Source: an uncultured Alphaproteobacteria bacterium (GTDB taxonomy: Bacteria > Pseudomonadota > Alphaproteobacteria > RF32 > CAG-239). From it: DNA of 64,000 nucleotides. Of this stretch, positions 26,552-37,555 are shown in pieces. Each line of letters opens with the position of its first letter. Position 1 is the first letter of the stretch. The notes beneath the pieces were generated by a model. It was not told where the DNA came from, searched no databases, and saw only the letters and a list, made by a program, of their open reading frames with translations. A program made the translations under genes and the position numbers. The DNA is taken from contig CALXPO010000024.1 of NCBI GenBank assembly GCA_944390315.1, positions 778-64,777 of the forward strand, read 5' to 3'.

Positions 26552-28288
26552 ATGGTTAAACTTTGGGCAAAAAACAAAAAAAGCAAATTTTATCTTCCGG
26601 GGGAAGAAATCAAGGTCAACCGGACATTTGCCTTTTCGGGTTTCGGAATTGAAAAAGATCCGCTGCAAGGTTGCAAAAGCAGAATGTTGCTTGCTATTTG
26701 CGCTTTTATGCTCATCTATTTTATCATTGCCGCACGAACTTTCGGAATTTGCTTAAGCGGTTTTTCATCTTCCGATAATCGATCCGAACCTGAAATGCCT
26801 CAACTCAAAATCAACAATCCGATTACCCGCGCCGACATTACCGACAGAAACGGCACTATTATTGCCACCTCATTGCCGACTTCCAACCTTTTTGCTCATC
26901 CGCGCAAAGTTAAAGATAAAGAAAAAGTCGCAGCAAAACTCAGTGAATATATCCCCGATATGCTCTACGAAGATATCTTGGCTTTATTGGAAAGAAATAC
27001 TAATTTTGTTTATATCAAACGCAATCTTTCTTTGGCCCAAAAATACCAAATTTATGCTCTCGGTATCCAAGGACTGGGTTTTGAAGATGTCGAAAAAAGG
27101 GTATATCCTCATAAAAATCTCTTCTCCCATATTTTGGGACGAACAAACATTGATAATATCGGAATTTCCGGTATGGAAAAACAACTGGACCAACGTCTGA
27201 CCAGTTCCGATGTTCCTTTGGAACTCACTCTTGATTTGGGCATTCAAGATACTATCAGACGCGAATTAGCCAAGGCCGTAAAAAAATTTAACGCTAACGG
27301 GGCTTCTTCTATCTTGATGGATGTTAACACCGGAGAAATTATCGCCATGGTTTCACTTCCGGATTTTGACCCTAACCAAAGTGTTCAACCTGACGAAAAA
27401 AGTCAATTCAATTTTACGACCAAGGGACTTTATGAACCAGGGTCGGTATTCAAAATTTTTAATGCCGCAATGGGATTGGAAAGCGGAAAAATTAAACTTT
27501 CCGACCGATTTGACGCAACAAAACCTCTCAAACTAAAATATAACATTATTAAGGATTATCGCGGCAAAAATAAGTGGTTGGATTTGCAAGAAATTCTTAT
27601 CTACTCATCTAATATCGGCTCTGCCCAGATAGCCCTTAAAGTCGGCAAAAATGAACAACAAAAATTTTTAAAACAAATTAAATTGTTTGACCCTATAACT
27701 TCTTTTGAAGTCGCCGAAAAAGCAAATCCGAGTATTCCGCCTCGTTGGGGAGAATCTACCGTTGCTACCGTCTCTTACGGCTATGGAATTTCAGTTACGC
27801 CTCTGCATATTATCTCCTCTTTTGCCGCTGTCGTTAACGGCGGTATTTACCATACGCCAACACTAATTAAAGGAAAACATCAGCAAGGACAACGTGTCTT
27901 ATCCGAAAAAACTTCAGCCACCATGCGCAAATTGTTACGCCATGTGGTTACCGAAGGCTCAGGCAAAAGAGCAAATGTCGTCGGTTATGAAGTTGCCGGA
28001 AAAACCGGTACTGCAAATAAACTTGTTAACGGAAAATACAAAGATAAAGTTGTCCGCACTTCTTTTGTTGCGACTTTCCCTGTTTCCAAGCCCAAATACG
28101 CCTTCTTTTTGATGATGGATGAACCCAAGGCGACCGAAGATACCGCTTGGTTTGCCACGGCCGGTTGGAATACGGTACCGACCGCAGGTGATATTATTGC
28201 CGCAATCGCACCGCAACTTAATATCAAAGCAAACTATGATTTAGATGAAAAACGGGCACAATTAATTGAAGCCTCATACTCTAACTGA
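26552..28288 (+). CDS. ftsI: Peptidoglycan D,D-transpeptidase FtsI (PBP3).
   Basis: PBP dimerisation domain plus transpeptidase motifs SVFK, SSN and KTGT. Confidence 0.9.
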   Translation: MVKLWAKNKKSKFYLPGEEIKVNRTFAFSGFGIEKDPLQGCKSRMLLAICAFMLIYFIIAARTFGICLSGFSSSDNRSEPEMPQLKINNPITRADITDRNGTIIATSLPTSNLFAHPRKVKDKEKVAAKLSEYIPDMLYEDILALLERNTNFVYIKRNLSLAQKYQIYALGIQGLGFEDVEKRVYPHKNLFSHILGRTNIDNIGISGMEKQLDQRLTSSDVPLELTLDLGIQDTIRRELAKAVKKFNANGASSILMDVNTGEIIAMVSLPDFDPNQSVQPDEKSQFNFTTKGLYEPGSVFKIFNAAMGLESGKIKLSDRFDATKPLKLKYNIIKDYRGKNKWLDLQEILIYSSNIGSAQIALKVGKNEQQKFLKQIKLFDPITSFEVAEKANPSIPPRWGESTVATVSYGYGISVTPLHIISSFAAVVNGGIYHTPTLIKGKHQQGQRVLSEKTSATMRKLLRHVVTEGSGKRANVVGYEVAGKTGTANKLVNGKYKDKVVRTSFVATFPVSKPKYAFFLMMDEPKATEDTAWFATAGWNTVPTAGDIIAAIAPQLNIKANYDLDEKRAQLIEASYSN

Positions 28289-28347
28289 ATATGAGACCTA
28301 ACTGAATATGAGACTTGGGGGCAATATCTTTTAAAATTTTACCATTG

Positions 28348-29040
28348 CTATTGTTGAGCGCAAACCGTGCTTTCAAAACGATAATTTTCGGTATTATCAA
28401 GTTTTTTTTGCGATTTGAGCATTGTTGCCTTAAAACTTTCAACCAACGGAGCTATCATTTTTATATATTCGTCGTTCATTTCGGCGGTAGCTCTGTCCGT
28501 TTGAGACAAAGAATTGACATTTTGCGGAGAAACCTTGGCTAAGTTTTGCATTATTTGCTCACGAATGCGGGGAATAAAATATTCCAACGCCGCAATACTT
28601 ATTTGTTGATGTTGATGCTCGTGGCGCAAAACCAGTTTATATTGACAACTGTTTTTATCCAATGTTTTATCTATGTAAATCGTCGGTTCCTGATAACCTA
28701 TAAAAACGTCAAGGCTCGCCGGAATAACGCAAATGCTGTTATCTTTAGCCACGCGTACCGTTGTGTTTAGAGTTACCGACCAATCAATTCCGAACAAAGA
28801 TAATCCGGAAGCATACATATTTGGCTCTATCAACCCATATTCTTGTCCCAGTTGTGTCAATGACTCACGATCATAATCGTAATTATACGACAATTTGCCA
28901 TATGAGGTTGTCATATTCAAACGCGGTGAATAGTCAAATTCGCCGCAAGGATTAATCGATACAGAAGCCTCTTGAGCCGCCATTACCGGATTTATAATTG
29001 CAAAACTGCAAAATATTGATGTCAAATACCATTTTTTCAT
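28348..29040 (-). CDS. Secreted hypothetical protein, possibly DUF922-like (HEHQH motif).
   Basis: Signal peptide. LRHEHQHQ could be a metal-binding motif. Family assignment is tentative. Confidence 0.45.
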   Translation of the reverse strand: MKKWYLTSIFCSFAIINPVMAAQEASVSINPCGEFDYSPRLNMTTSYGKLSYNYDYDRESLTQLGQEYGLIEPNMYASGLSLFGIDWSVTLNTTVRVAKDNSICVIPASLDVFIGYQEPTIYIDKTLDKNSCQYKLVLRHEHQHQQISIAALEYFIPRIREQIMQNLAKVSPQNVNSLSQTDRATAEMNDEYIKMIAPLVESFKATMLKSQKKLDNTENYRFESTVCAQQ

Positions 29041-29084
29041 GTATGTTAGTATATCATCATATTAGTTAAGATTAGGTTATAGAT

Positions 29085-29744
29085 ATGAAAAAATTTATCC
29101 TTTGTTTGACAACGGCTTTAATTACGGCTACATCTGCACAAGCTCAATATGTACGCAAAGTCGTACGCCCTAATTTTTTTATCCCCGAGCAAGAATTTAA
29201 TCGTGCAGAAAAATTACCCCCTTTCCCTCAATATGAAAATGAATATGATAAAGATATCAATTATGTCATTCCGGCCAAACAAAAACAGCGCCAAAAAATT
29301 AAAAAAGTCCAACCTGCAACGGAAACACAGGCCGTAAATGTTCAAACTTCTCCTCAAGAAAAAATTGAAAGTACACAAACCGATATTCAATCAACAACTA
29401 CGGCAAAACAAGAACCGACTCAGCTTATGCGTTGGAACTTATACCAAGAAGAACAATCTCAATCGGTTGAAAACAAAGTTGATTCCTCGGTAGCCATGCA
29501 ACCTTCACAAAAATTAGATTTACCTGTTGTAGACGAACGTGTCTTGCCTGATATGTCAACGGCAAAAGTTGATGACAATTTTGAGCAAACAGATGAATAT
29601 AAACAAATTGCACAAGAATATGCAAATGATATCAATACTCTTGCTCAAAGCGGACAACTGCCCGAAAATAAAAATATTTCAGATGCTTTGAGCAAAATGA
29701 TATCCGATGATGCTGTTTGGGTTGATGAAAATTTCGGCAAATGA
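29085..29744 (+). CDS. Secreted hypothetical protein, Q/E-rich.
   Basis: Clear signal peptide (ALITATSAQA-Q). No recognisable domain. Confidence 0.5.
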   Translation: MKKFILCLTTALITATSAQAQYVRKVVRPNFFIPEQEFNRAEKLPPFPQYENEYDKDINYVIPAKQKQRQKIKKVQPATETQAVNVQTSPQEKIESTQTDIQSTTTAKQEPTQLMRWNLYQEEQSQSVENKVDSSVAMQPSQKLDLPVVDERVLPDMSTAKVDDNFEQTDEYKQIAQEYANDINTLAQSGQLPENKNISDALSKMISDDAVWVDENFGK

Positions 29745-30002
29745 AAATATGTTGATTGGATAACATAGTTTTTTCTATGCTCTGGCAGCAATATTTTTTG
29801 TGACCTTTCACAAGCAAGTTTTTTGTTTCAAAATCAATCCACCTGTCCATATTTGCTGGGCATAGGTCTTTGCTGATTGATAGGTGTAAATTTTATTCGT
29901 CTGTCGCAAAGTTTTTTACGGTAGTTATGACGGCATCTCTTGGCTTATGTTGTCCGGAGATAATTTAACCATAAAAAAAACTCCCGATTAAGGGAGTTTT
30001 TT

Positions 30003-30148
30003 TATTAGTTGCCTTACAGAAAACCCCGAGTTTACTCGGGGCTGAATGCCAAGGTGTTGGAACAACACCGCTCCACGCCAACGAGCGTGGTCAAACCATA
30101 AGGTTTGTAGCTGTTATAGAACCCCCAGTTTACTGGGGGATATCTATT
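30003..30148 (-). repeat. Copy 2 (inverted orientation) of the roughly 146-bp structured dispersed repeat. Adjacent to a terminator hairpin (29979-30002).
   Basis: Reverse complement is about 97% identical to 14128-14274. Confidence 0.8.
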
Positions 30149-30162
30149 CTTTGTTGTTTTGC

Positions 30163-31242
<1,080 letters not shown>

Positions 31243-31256
31243 TTATAACATAACGC

Positions 31257-32225
31257 TTATTTGTGCAACATTTTATATTCTTTTTTAACACAATTTATAA
31301 TTTGCGACTGTCCCGTATAACATTCGTTTAAGACAATATCGGCATTTAATTTATTACGAAACCACGTCAGTTGCCGTTTGGCATATTGTCGGGTATGAAG
31401 TTTGGCATTTTCCACCGCCTGATTAAAACTGATTTCCCCATTCAAAAACGCGGCTAAATCGGGTACACCCTGCGCTTTCATTATCGGTAATTGCCAAGAA
31501 AGATGTTTTTTAAGCAAATTTTCTACTTCTTTTAAGGCTCCTTGAGCCATCATAATATCAAAACGAAGATTGCAACGTTTATCAAGTTCAGCTTTCGGCG
31601 GCAACAATTTTATCACAAAAAATTTGGTATCGGGAAGTCTCTTTATCAACGGACGTTTGAACCATTCGGCAATCGAAACTCCGGTGGTCATAAAAATTTC
31701 ATAAGCACGGCGTACGCGGGTACTGTCGTTGGGATTAACCAAAGCGGCGCCCGCAGAATCAATTTTTTGCAACCTGTCATAAAGTCCGTCGCTGCCGATT
31801 TTTTCAACCAGCATCAATGCCTGTTTTCTTATCTCGGGATTGACTTCGGGAATGGGGGTCGTGCCGTTAATCAAATTATCCAGATACAGTCCGCCGCCGC
31901 CGACAATTATCGGTGTTTTGCCTTGTTGCCACACTTCTTTTATGGCCTTGACGGCTTCTTCCAGCCACATCACCACATTGCCGCTGACTTCGTCCTCAAG
32001 ATATTCGTACAGCATATGCGGCACCGTTTGCTTGTCTTTGGCATCGGGCGAAGCGGCGATAATCGGAATGGATTTATAAACTTGACTGGCATCGGCGTTG
32101 ATAACCACGCCGTCAAACGCTAAAGCCAAATCTATGGCCAATTGCGATTTTCCGGAAGCGGTCGGACCGCCGATAACTATCGGGATATTTTGCGACACTT
32201 GGCTTCCTCCACCAAAATTCGACAT
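31257..32225 (-). CDS. miaA: tRNA dimethylallyltransferase MiaA.
   Basis: P-loop GPTASGKS plus MiaA-wide similarity. 49-nt overlap with the ddl 3' end. Confidence 0.9.
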   Translation of the reverse strand: MSNFGGGSQVSQNIPIVIGGPTASGKSQLAIDLALAFDGVVINADASQVYKSIPIIAASPDAKDKQTVPHMLYEYLEDEVSGNVVMWLEEAVKAIKEVWQQGKTPIIVGGGGLYLDNLINGTTPIPEVNPEIRKQALMLVEKIGSDGLYDRLQKIDSAGAALVNPNDSTRVRRAYEIFMTTGVSIAEWFKRPLIKRLPDTKFFVIKLLPPKAELDKRCNLRFDIMMAQGALKEVENLLKKHLSWQLPIMKAQGVPDLAAFLNGEISFNQAVENAKLHTRQYAKRQLTWFRNKLNADIVLNECYTGQSQIINCVKKEYKMLHK

Positions 32226-33091
32226 AATTCTTCGTAACTGCCGCCCATATGCTTAAACTGCTCGGGAACAAGCGAAAGCGGCGTCATTCCGGGGTTGGTA
32301 TTGATTTCCAAAACAACCACACCGTCTTTTTCGTTATAGCGCATATCGGTACGCGAAACCGTATGGCATCCCAAAGCCTGGTGCAGCATTTCGGCATAAG
32401 CCAGTGCCGTTTCAAAAGCAGCTTTAGGCAATTCTGCCGGAATGATATGATCGGTCATACCATCGGTATATTTTGCCTTATAATCATAGAATCCGCTTTT
32501 GGGGCGCATTTCGGTAACGGTCAAAGCCTTACCGTTTAAGACGCTTACGGTCAACTCTTTGCCCTCGATATATTCTTCAATTAAGATTTCGCGGTCTTTC
32601 TCACTGTCATCGACCGCCGACAAATCTTGCACATCTTTAATGATATAAACGCCGACGCTTGAACCGTCGCTGACCGGTTTAATAACGTATGGCATAGAAA
32701 TTTTTGTTCCATGTTCGCGCAGATTTTTTAAAGCCGTTTTTTCGCCGTTTGCAACTTTTATGCCGCAAGAACGACAGACCATCTTGGTTAAATCTTTATC
32801 CATTCCCACCGCCGATGCTTTCAGACCGGAATGGGTATAGGGAATTTGCAACAAATCGAGCAAGCCTTGAATTTCGCCATCCTCACCGAAATTGCCGTGC
32901 AATGCATTAAAAACGACGTCGGGACGATTATCTTTTAATTCCTGAACCAAAGCCCACACATCGGTCAAATCAAATGTTTTGACGTCATAGCCCGATTTTC
33001 CGAGAGCCTCTGCCGCACCCTGCCCCGTAACCAAGCTGACTTCCCGTTCAGCGGAAAAGCCTCCCATCAGCACCAAAACTTTCTTTGACAT
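32177..33091 (-). CDS. ddl: D-alanine--D-alanine ligase.
   Basis: ATP-grasp Ddl motifs (LHGNFGEDG..., EINTNPG). Confidence 0.9.
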   Translation of the reverse strand: MSKKVLVLMGGFSAEREVSLVTGQGAAEALGKSGYDVKTFDLTDVWALVQELKDNRPDVVFNALHGNFGEDGEIQGLLDLLQIPYTHSGLKASAVGMDKDLTKMVCRSCGIKVANGEKTALKNLREHGTKISMPYVIKPVSDGSSVGVYIIKDVQDLSAVDDSEKDREILIEEYIEGKELTVSVLNGKALTVTEMRPKSGFYDYKAKYTDGMTDHIIPAELPKAAFETALAYAEMLHQALGCHTVSRTDMRYNEKDGVVVLEINTNPGMTPLSLVPEQFKHMGGSYEELCRILVEEAKCRKISR

Positions 33092-33168
33092 TTTTTTAAA
33101 ATCCCTATATTAAGTGTACTTAATTCGGGTTTGGAATATAACAAATAAATTTTAAGAAAGTCATAAAA

Positions 33169-33951
33169 TTGATAAAATATTTTTTCGCGACAACTCTGTT
33201 TTTATTCGCTTTTGCCTCAAAGGCTCAGGCGCTTAGCGTTCGTCACGATTTTACCGCTTTTATCGGGCCGTTCAACGCCAGCACCGCCGAATTTGAATAT
33301 GACCTGCAACCCCAAAATTATGCCGTTCGTTCAACCGTGCGCACCAACGGAACTTTTAACGTTTTATATCCGTTTGAGGCAAAATATTTTACCGGCGGCA
33401 AAATTGAAAATGATTTTTTGGAAACCTCCGCTTATCACTATACTTCACAATCTCGTTTTAACAAACGGACCAAAGAAATGATTTATAACGATAAGGGGCA
33501 ACCGGTTTTTTCCATCAGCACCAAAAACGGAAAAGAAAAGAAAAAAGAAATCGAACCCACGCCCGAAACCGAAGATACCACAAACCTACAGACGGTTTTG
33601 GCCGCCATTGCCCGACAATATAACAATTTACGTTTTTGTGACTCTCGTATTCCGATAAAAAAAAAAAAAAAACGTTATGACGTCATCTTTCGTGATGAGG
33701 GTACCGAACAATTACCCAAAAGCAAATATTCTCCTTTCAGCGGCAAGGCCGCCAAATGCTCCATGTATATTGACAAACTCGGAGCCGAAGGGGACGATTT
33801 GCTATGGCAGCTGTCTTCCGACCGACCGATTTATTTTTGGATTATGGAAGACGAAAAAGCCAAAGCGCCGTTTATTGCCCGCATAAAAATTAATGAAACC
33901 CCCCTCGGGGAAATGAATGTATATACCACCAACATTGAGGTCAAAGAATAA
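33169..33951 (+). CDS. Secreted hypothetical protein (DUF3108-like). Contains an internal A15 homopolymer.
   Basis: Signal peptide. Overlaps the downstream U32 peptidase by 1 nt. Confidence 0.45.
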   Translation: MIKYFFATTLFLFAFASKAQALSVRHDFTAFIGPFNASTAEFEYDLQPQNYAVRSTVRTNGTFNVLYPFEAKYFTGGKIENDFLETSAYHYTSQSRFNKRTKEMIYNDKGQPVFSISTKNGKEKKKEIEPTPETEDTTNLQTVLAAIARQYNNLRFCDSRIPIKKKKKRYDVIFRDEGTEQLPKSKYSPFSGKAAKCSMYIDKLGAEGDDLLWQLSSDRPIYFWIMEDEKAKAPFIARIKINETPLGEMNVYTTNIEVKE

Positions 33952-35342
33952 TGAAATCGGAATTGCTCTTGCCCGCCGGCGATTTAGTCAAACTCAAAAC
34001 CGCAATTTTGTACGGTGCCGACGCCGTTTATGCCGGAACACCGGATATGAGTTTGCGCACTCAGTCAAAATTTTCGCTTGAAGATATTAAAGAAGGTATT
34101 GATTTTGTTCATCAAAAAGGCAAAAAAATATATCTGACGCTCAACCTTTACACCCATAATAAAGACATTGAAAAGCTGCCGCATTTTGTAAATACTCTGC
34201 GTGAGCTTAAACCGGACGGGGTTTTGATTGCCGACCCCGGCGTTTTCCTGTATTTGAAAGAAAATGCTCCCGAGCTTAAACGTTTTGTTTCAACTCAGGC
34301 CAATATCTGCTCTTATCAGACCGTCAAATTTTGGCAAAGTTTGGGAGCGACGCTTTGTGTTTTGGGAAGAGAAGTTTCTTTTGAAGAAATGAAAGAAATC
34401 AGACAACAATGCCCCGATATTATGCTCGAAACATTTGTTCACGGCGCAATGTGTATGTCTTATTCGGGACGTTGTTTGATTTCCAATTTTTTGGCCGACC
34501 GCAGCGCCAATCAGGGCAAATGCGCCCATTGTTGCCGTTGGCACTACAAACTGCACTTGCGCTTAAAAGACGGTACAATCAAAGATTTGGAAATCACCCC
34601 CGAAAACAAAGATATGTTTGAATATCTGGTCAAAGAAGATTTTCGTCCCGACGAACTCTACGAGATTGTCGAAGATGAACACGGCGCTTATATTATGAAC
34701 TCCAAAGATTTGTGCCTGATGCCCAAACTCAATCATATTTTGGATATCGGCATGCACTCGCTCAAAATCGAAGGACGCAATAAAACCGAATATTATGCCG
34801 CTATCACTGCCCGCAGCTATCGTCAGGCAATTGACGCTTATTATAAAAATCCCGAAAACTGGTCGCCCGATGTTTATATGAAAGAACTTTATACTTTGCA
34901 AAACCGCGGCTACTGCTTGGGCTTTTACGACGGACACCTAACCAATTTGAGCCAAAACTATGAATATACCCGCACTTTGGGCGACTGGCTGTTTGCCGGT
35001 TCCATTGTCGAATGGCAAGGCGATGATATTATTTTTGAATTGAGAAATTATATCGAATCAGGCGAATTTATTGAATTTTTGCTGCCGAACTCTCTTGAAA
35101 ACATTCGTTTGACTTTGCAAGAATTTCAAGATGCCGAAACCGGCGAAATCAGCGCAAAAGTTTCTGCCGGACAAGGTAAAAAAATTCGTATTCCGGCAAG
35201 TGCTTTCGGAATGAGCGCTGACAAGGTCAAGGAAATGCTGCCGCAATATTGCATTGCCCGCAAACCGGCAAAGCTCAAAGAAAGCGACCAAATCATGCTT
35301 AATCACAAAAAGAATGAATTTGATATTTTGTGTCAAAAATAA
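33951..35342 (+). CDS. Peptidase U32 family protein (YegQ/RlhA-like, possible 23S rRNA hydroxycytidine synthase).
   Basis: U32 signature (FVHGAMC.SYSGRCLIS) and a Cys cluster (CAHCCRWHY). Confidence 0.85.
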   Translation: MKSELLLPAGDLVKLKTAILYGADAVYAGTPDMSLRTQSKFSLEDIKEGIDFVHQKGKKIYLTLNLYTHNKDIEKLPHFVNTLRELKPDGVLIADPGVFLYLKENAPELKRFVSTQANICSYQTVKFWQSLGATLCVLGREVSFEEMKEIRQQCPDIMLETFVHGAMCMSYSGRCLISNFLADRSANQGKCAHCCRWHYKLHLRLKDGTIKDLEITPENKDMFEYLVKEDFRPDELYEIVEDEHGAYIMNSKDLCLMPKLNHILDIGMHSLKIEGRNKTEYYAAITARSYRQAIDAYYKNPENWSPDVYMKELYTLQNRGYCLGFYDGHLTNLSQNYEYTRTLGDWLFAGSIVEWQGDDIIFELRNYIESGEFIEFLLPNSLENIRLTLQEFQDAETGEISAKVSAGQGKKIRIPASAFGMSADKVKEMLPQYCIARKPAKLKESDQIMLNHKKNEFDILCQK

Positions 35343-35391
35343 TTTTTTGAATTAAAGTAAAAGCCTTGAAATTTTCAAGGCTTTTACTTTT

Positions 35392-35604
35392 TTATTGTAT
35401 ATCCAGATGAAGTTCTTTGCCATAGCATTTCAGCAATTTTTCATAGACGTCCCAATTTTTGAGCGAACCGATTTCCAGCGCATCTATTTGCTGCCAGTCC
35501 ACACCGCTTTGTTGGGAAATGTTATGAATACTCAAACCATGAGCGCAACGATACTCACGCAAGATTTCTCCCAATTGTTGTTTAATTTGTTTTTTTAGTT
35601 TCAT
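35392..35604 (-). CDS. XRE-family helix-turn-helix transcriptional regulator (70 aa).
   Basis: HTH pattern LREYRCAHGLSIHNISQQSGVDWQQIDALEIG. Confidence 0.55.
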   Translation of the reverse strand: MKLKKQIKQQLGEILREYRCAHGLSIHNISQQSGVDWQQIDALEIGSLKNWDVYEKLLKCYGKELHLDIQ

Positions 35605-35642
35605 CGGTCTAAACTCCCTTTTGTTTTGTTTGTTATTTTTGG

Positions 35643-35818
35643 TAAAACAAAACCGCCTTAAAAAATCTCAAGGCGGGGAGTTGACAACTGCACAAGAACA
35701 GTCTGGGTTATTCGCTGTACTTAAAAAAAAGAATACACTTATATCCCCAGCTCCCCTTAAAAGGAGTTGTTCTTTCTTGTGAGGAGCTGTCACACTCCGC
35801 CTCCGACCTCTCGGAGGC
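35643..35818 (-). ncRNA. Putative sRNA, copy A (about 176 nt). Minus-strand promoter TTGCCA-N17-TAATAT (35854 to 35826) and an intrinsic terminator (stem CCGCCUU/AAGGCGG + U-tract) ending near 35643.
   Basis: Perfect-spacing promoter and terminator bracket a structured RNA with several unpaired CUCC (anti-SD-like) motifs. No protein-coding potential. Confidence 0.4.
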
Positions 35819-35899
35819 AAAAGCCATATTAAAAAAATCCTGTTCGATTGGCAAGTCTTTTATTATACTTTCTCCCCTTTGTTTTGTTCATATTTTAGG

Positions 35900-36073
35900 T
35901 AAAACAAAACCGCCTTAAAAAATTTCAAGGCGGGGAGTTAGCAACTGCACAAGAACAGTCTGGGTTATTCGCTGTACTCCAAAAAGAATACACTTATATC
36001 CCCAGCTCCCCTTTAAAGGAGTTGTTCTTTCTTGTGAGGAGCTGCTACACTCCGCCTCCGACCTCTCGGAGAC
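35900..36073 (-). ncRNA. Putative sRNA, copy B. It is a paralog of copy A and has the same promoter (TTGCCA-N17-TAATAT at 36109 to 36081) and terminator.
   Basis: Same as copy A. Promoter, stems and terminator are all conserved between copies. Confidence 0.4.
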
Positions 36074-36207
36074 AAAAGCCATATTAAAAAAATCTTGTCC
36101 GATTGGCAAGTCTTTTTATCTCGTTTGAATATATCAAAACATGTTGAATAAAAAATATGAACGGCTATACTTTTAACATCCATTGCTAACTCAGAGGAAA
36201 TACCTAC

Positions 36208-37218
36208 ATGAAAAAAATTGCAATTTACGGCGCCGGACAAATCGGTACACAGGTCATGACTTATTTGCTCACAACTTGCAAAACCGAAGCCGAAGTTATT
36301 ATGTTTTCACCCCATAATTTTAAAAGAATTGAAGGGGCTTATGAAGATCTTAAAGATGCCGTCGCTCTCACAAATCAAAATACAATCTTACATTTTAAAC
36401 CAACAAACAATATTGTCGATTTAGCCCAATCCGATATTGTCTTTTTCTGTGCCGGAATTTTTCCCAAACCCGAAGAATATGAACAAGCTCTTCAAAAAGG
36501 AATTGATGATCGCTTGTTGCAAGCCGTCAAAAATACCGAAATACTGGACGCTTTTTGTCTTGCCGTCAATCAGGTTTGCCCCAAAGCTAAAATCTTTATT
36601 ATTACAAATCCGGTAGATCTGATGACAGAAATAGCGCGAAAAAAACTCCCCGATGCCGAAGTCTACGGATTGGGATGCTATCTTGATACGGCACGTTTCA
36701 AAAGAGAATTTGCCGAAATTATGCAACAAAACGGAACAAATCTCCGAATTGAAGATATCCACGCTTGGATACTCGGACATCACTCGGGAACCATGTTTTT
36801 GCACCAAGCCGATTTCACTTTTAAAGGACAAGAACTTTATCAACATCAAAACTTAAACAATCTTATGATGCAGGCTTTAACCAAAACCAGACAAAGAGGG
36901 CTTTTTATAACAAAACTAAACTGTGCTTCGCAAACACAAAAACTAAATAACGGCGCCTACTTTGCACCGGCAATGATGGTGTTTAATATTATAAAAGCAT
37001 TTCTCGAAAACCAAACAATTTTATTGCCGCTAAACCGAACATTTTATCCTCAGGACAATTTTAATTGCGAAGGAGCCGCTCAACTGCTCTGCAAAATTCA
37101 AAACGGAAATATTTATCCTGTTTTTTTGCAAAATACGCCGGAAGATATTAAAAATATGCAAGATAGCCTTGCCGAATACGAAATTGGAAAAAAGGCTTTA
37201 GCCGAATATATAAAATAA
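36208..37218 (+). CDS. Lactate/malate dehydrogenase family protein (divergent).
   Basis: N-terminal GAGQIG Rossmann motif, ITNPVD signature, and LDTARF and ILGHHSG active-site-like motifs. Confidence 0.6.
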   Translation: MKKIAIYGAGQIGTQVMTYLLTTCKTEAEVIMFSPHNFKRIEGAYEDLKDAVALTNQNTILHFKPTNNIVDLAQSDIVFFCAGIFPKPEEYEQALQKGIDDRLLQAVKNTEILDAFCLAVNQVCPKAKIFIITNPVDLMTEIARKKLPDAEVYGLGCYLDTARFKREFAEIMQQNGTNLRIEDIHAWILGHHSGTMFLHQADFTFKGQELYQHQNLNNLMMQALTKTRQRGLFITKLNCASQTQKLNNGAYFAPAMMVFNIIKAFLENQTILLPLNRTFYPQDNFNCEGAAQLLCKIQNGNIYPVFLQNTPEDIKNMQDSLAEYEIGKKALAEYIK

Positions 37219-37261
37219 CATATTTTTACAAAAATCCCTGTCTTTTTCGACAGGGATTTTT

Positions 37262-37555
37262 TTAGATTATTTCAAACTTACCGAGCGTTATCTCCGGCAA
37301 AAAACCTTTTATTACAGGCGGCATAAATTGTACGCGGTCCACTCTGGCCGTCAACGGTCCTTTGTGGCAGGCCAAAATCAATTTATCAAGCACATCTTCT
37401 TCGGCACAGGCAAAAACTTCAACACTTCCGTCTTCACAATTGCGTACCCAACCCGAAATATTGCCGATATTCAAGGCCTGCCTCCTCGTCCACCAACGAA
37501 AACCAACACCCTGAACCCGACCGCTGATTTTTAAATAAACAGATTTTTCACTCAT
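37262..37555 (-). CDS. acyP: Acylphosphatase.
   Basis: ISGRVQGVGFR and GWVRNCEDGSVEV signatures. Confidence 0.8.
   Translation of the reverse strand: MSEKSVYLKISGRVQGVGFRWWTRRQALNIGNISGWVRNCEDGSVEVFACAEEDVLDKLILACHKGPLTARVDRVQFMPPVIKGFLPEITLGKFEII

Larger units (their letters stand above)
35615..36128. repeat. Tandem direct duplication: two units of about 257 bp at about 93% identity (35615-35871 and 35872-36128).
   Basis: Direct alignment of the two units read from sequence. Confidence 0.85.

Noticed and set aside
35615-36128. CRISPR, rRNA fragment or tRNA array as explanation for the 257-bp tandem duplication
   Set aside because: Only two long units and no short repeat-spacer periodicity. 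No tRNA cloverleaf or rRNA motifs. Promoter and terminator signals instead point to sRNA genes.
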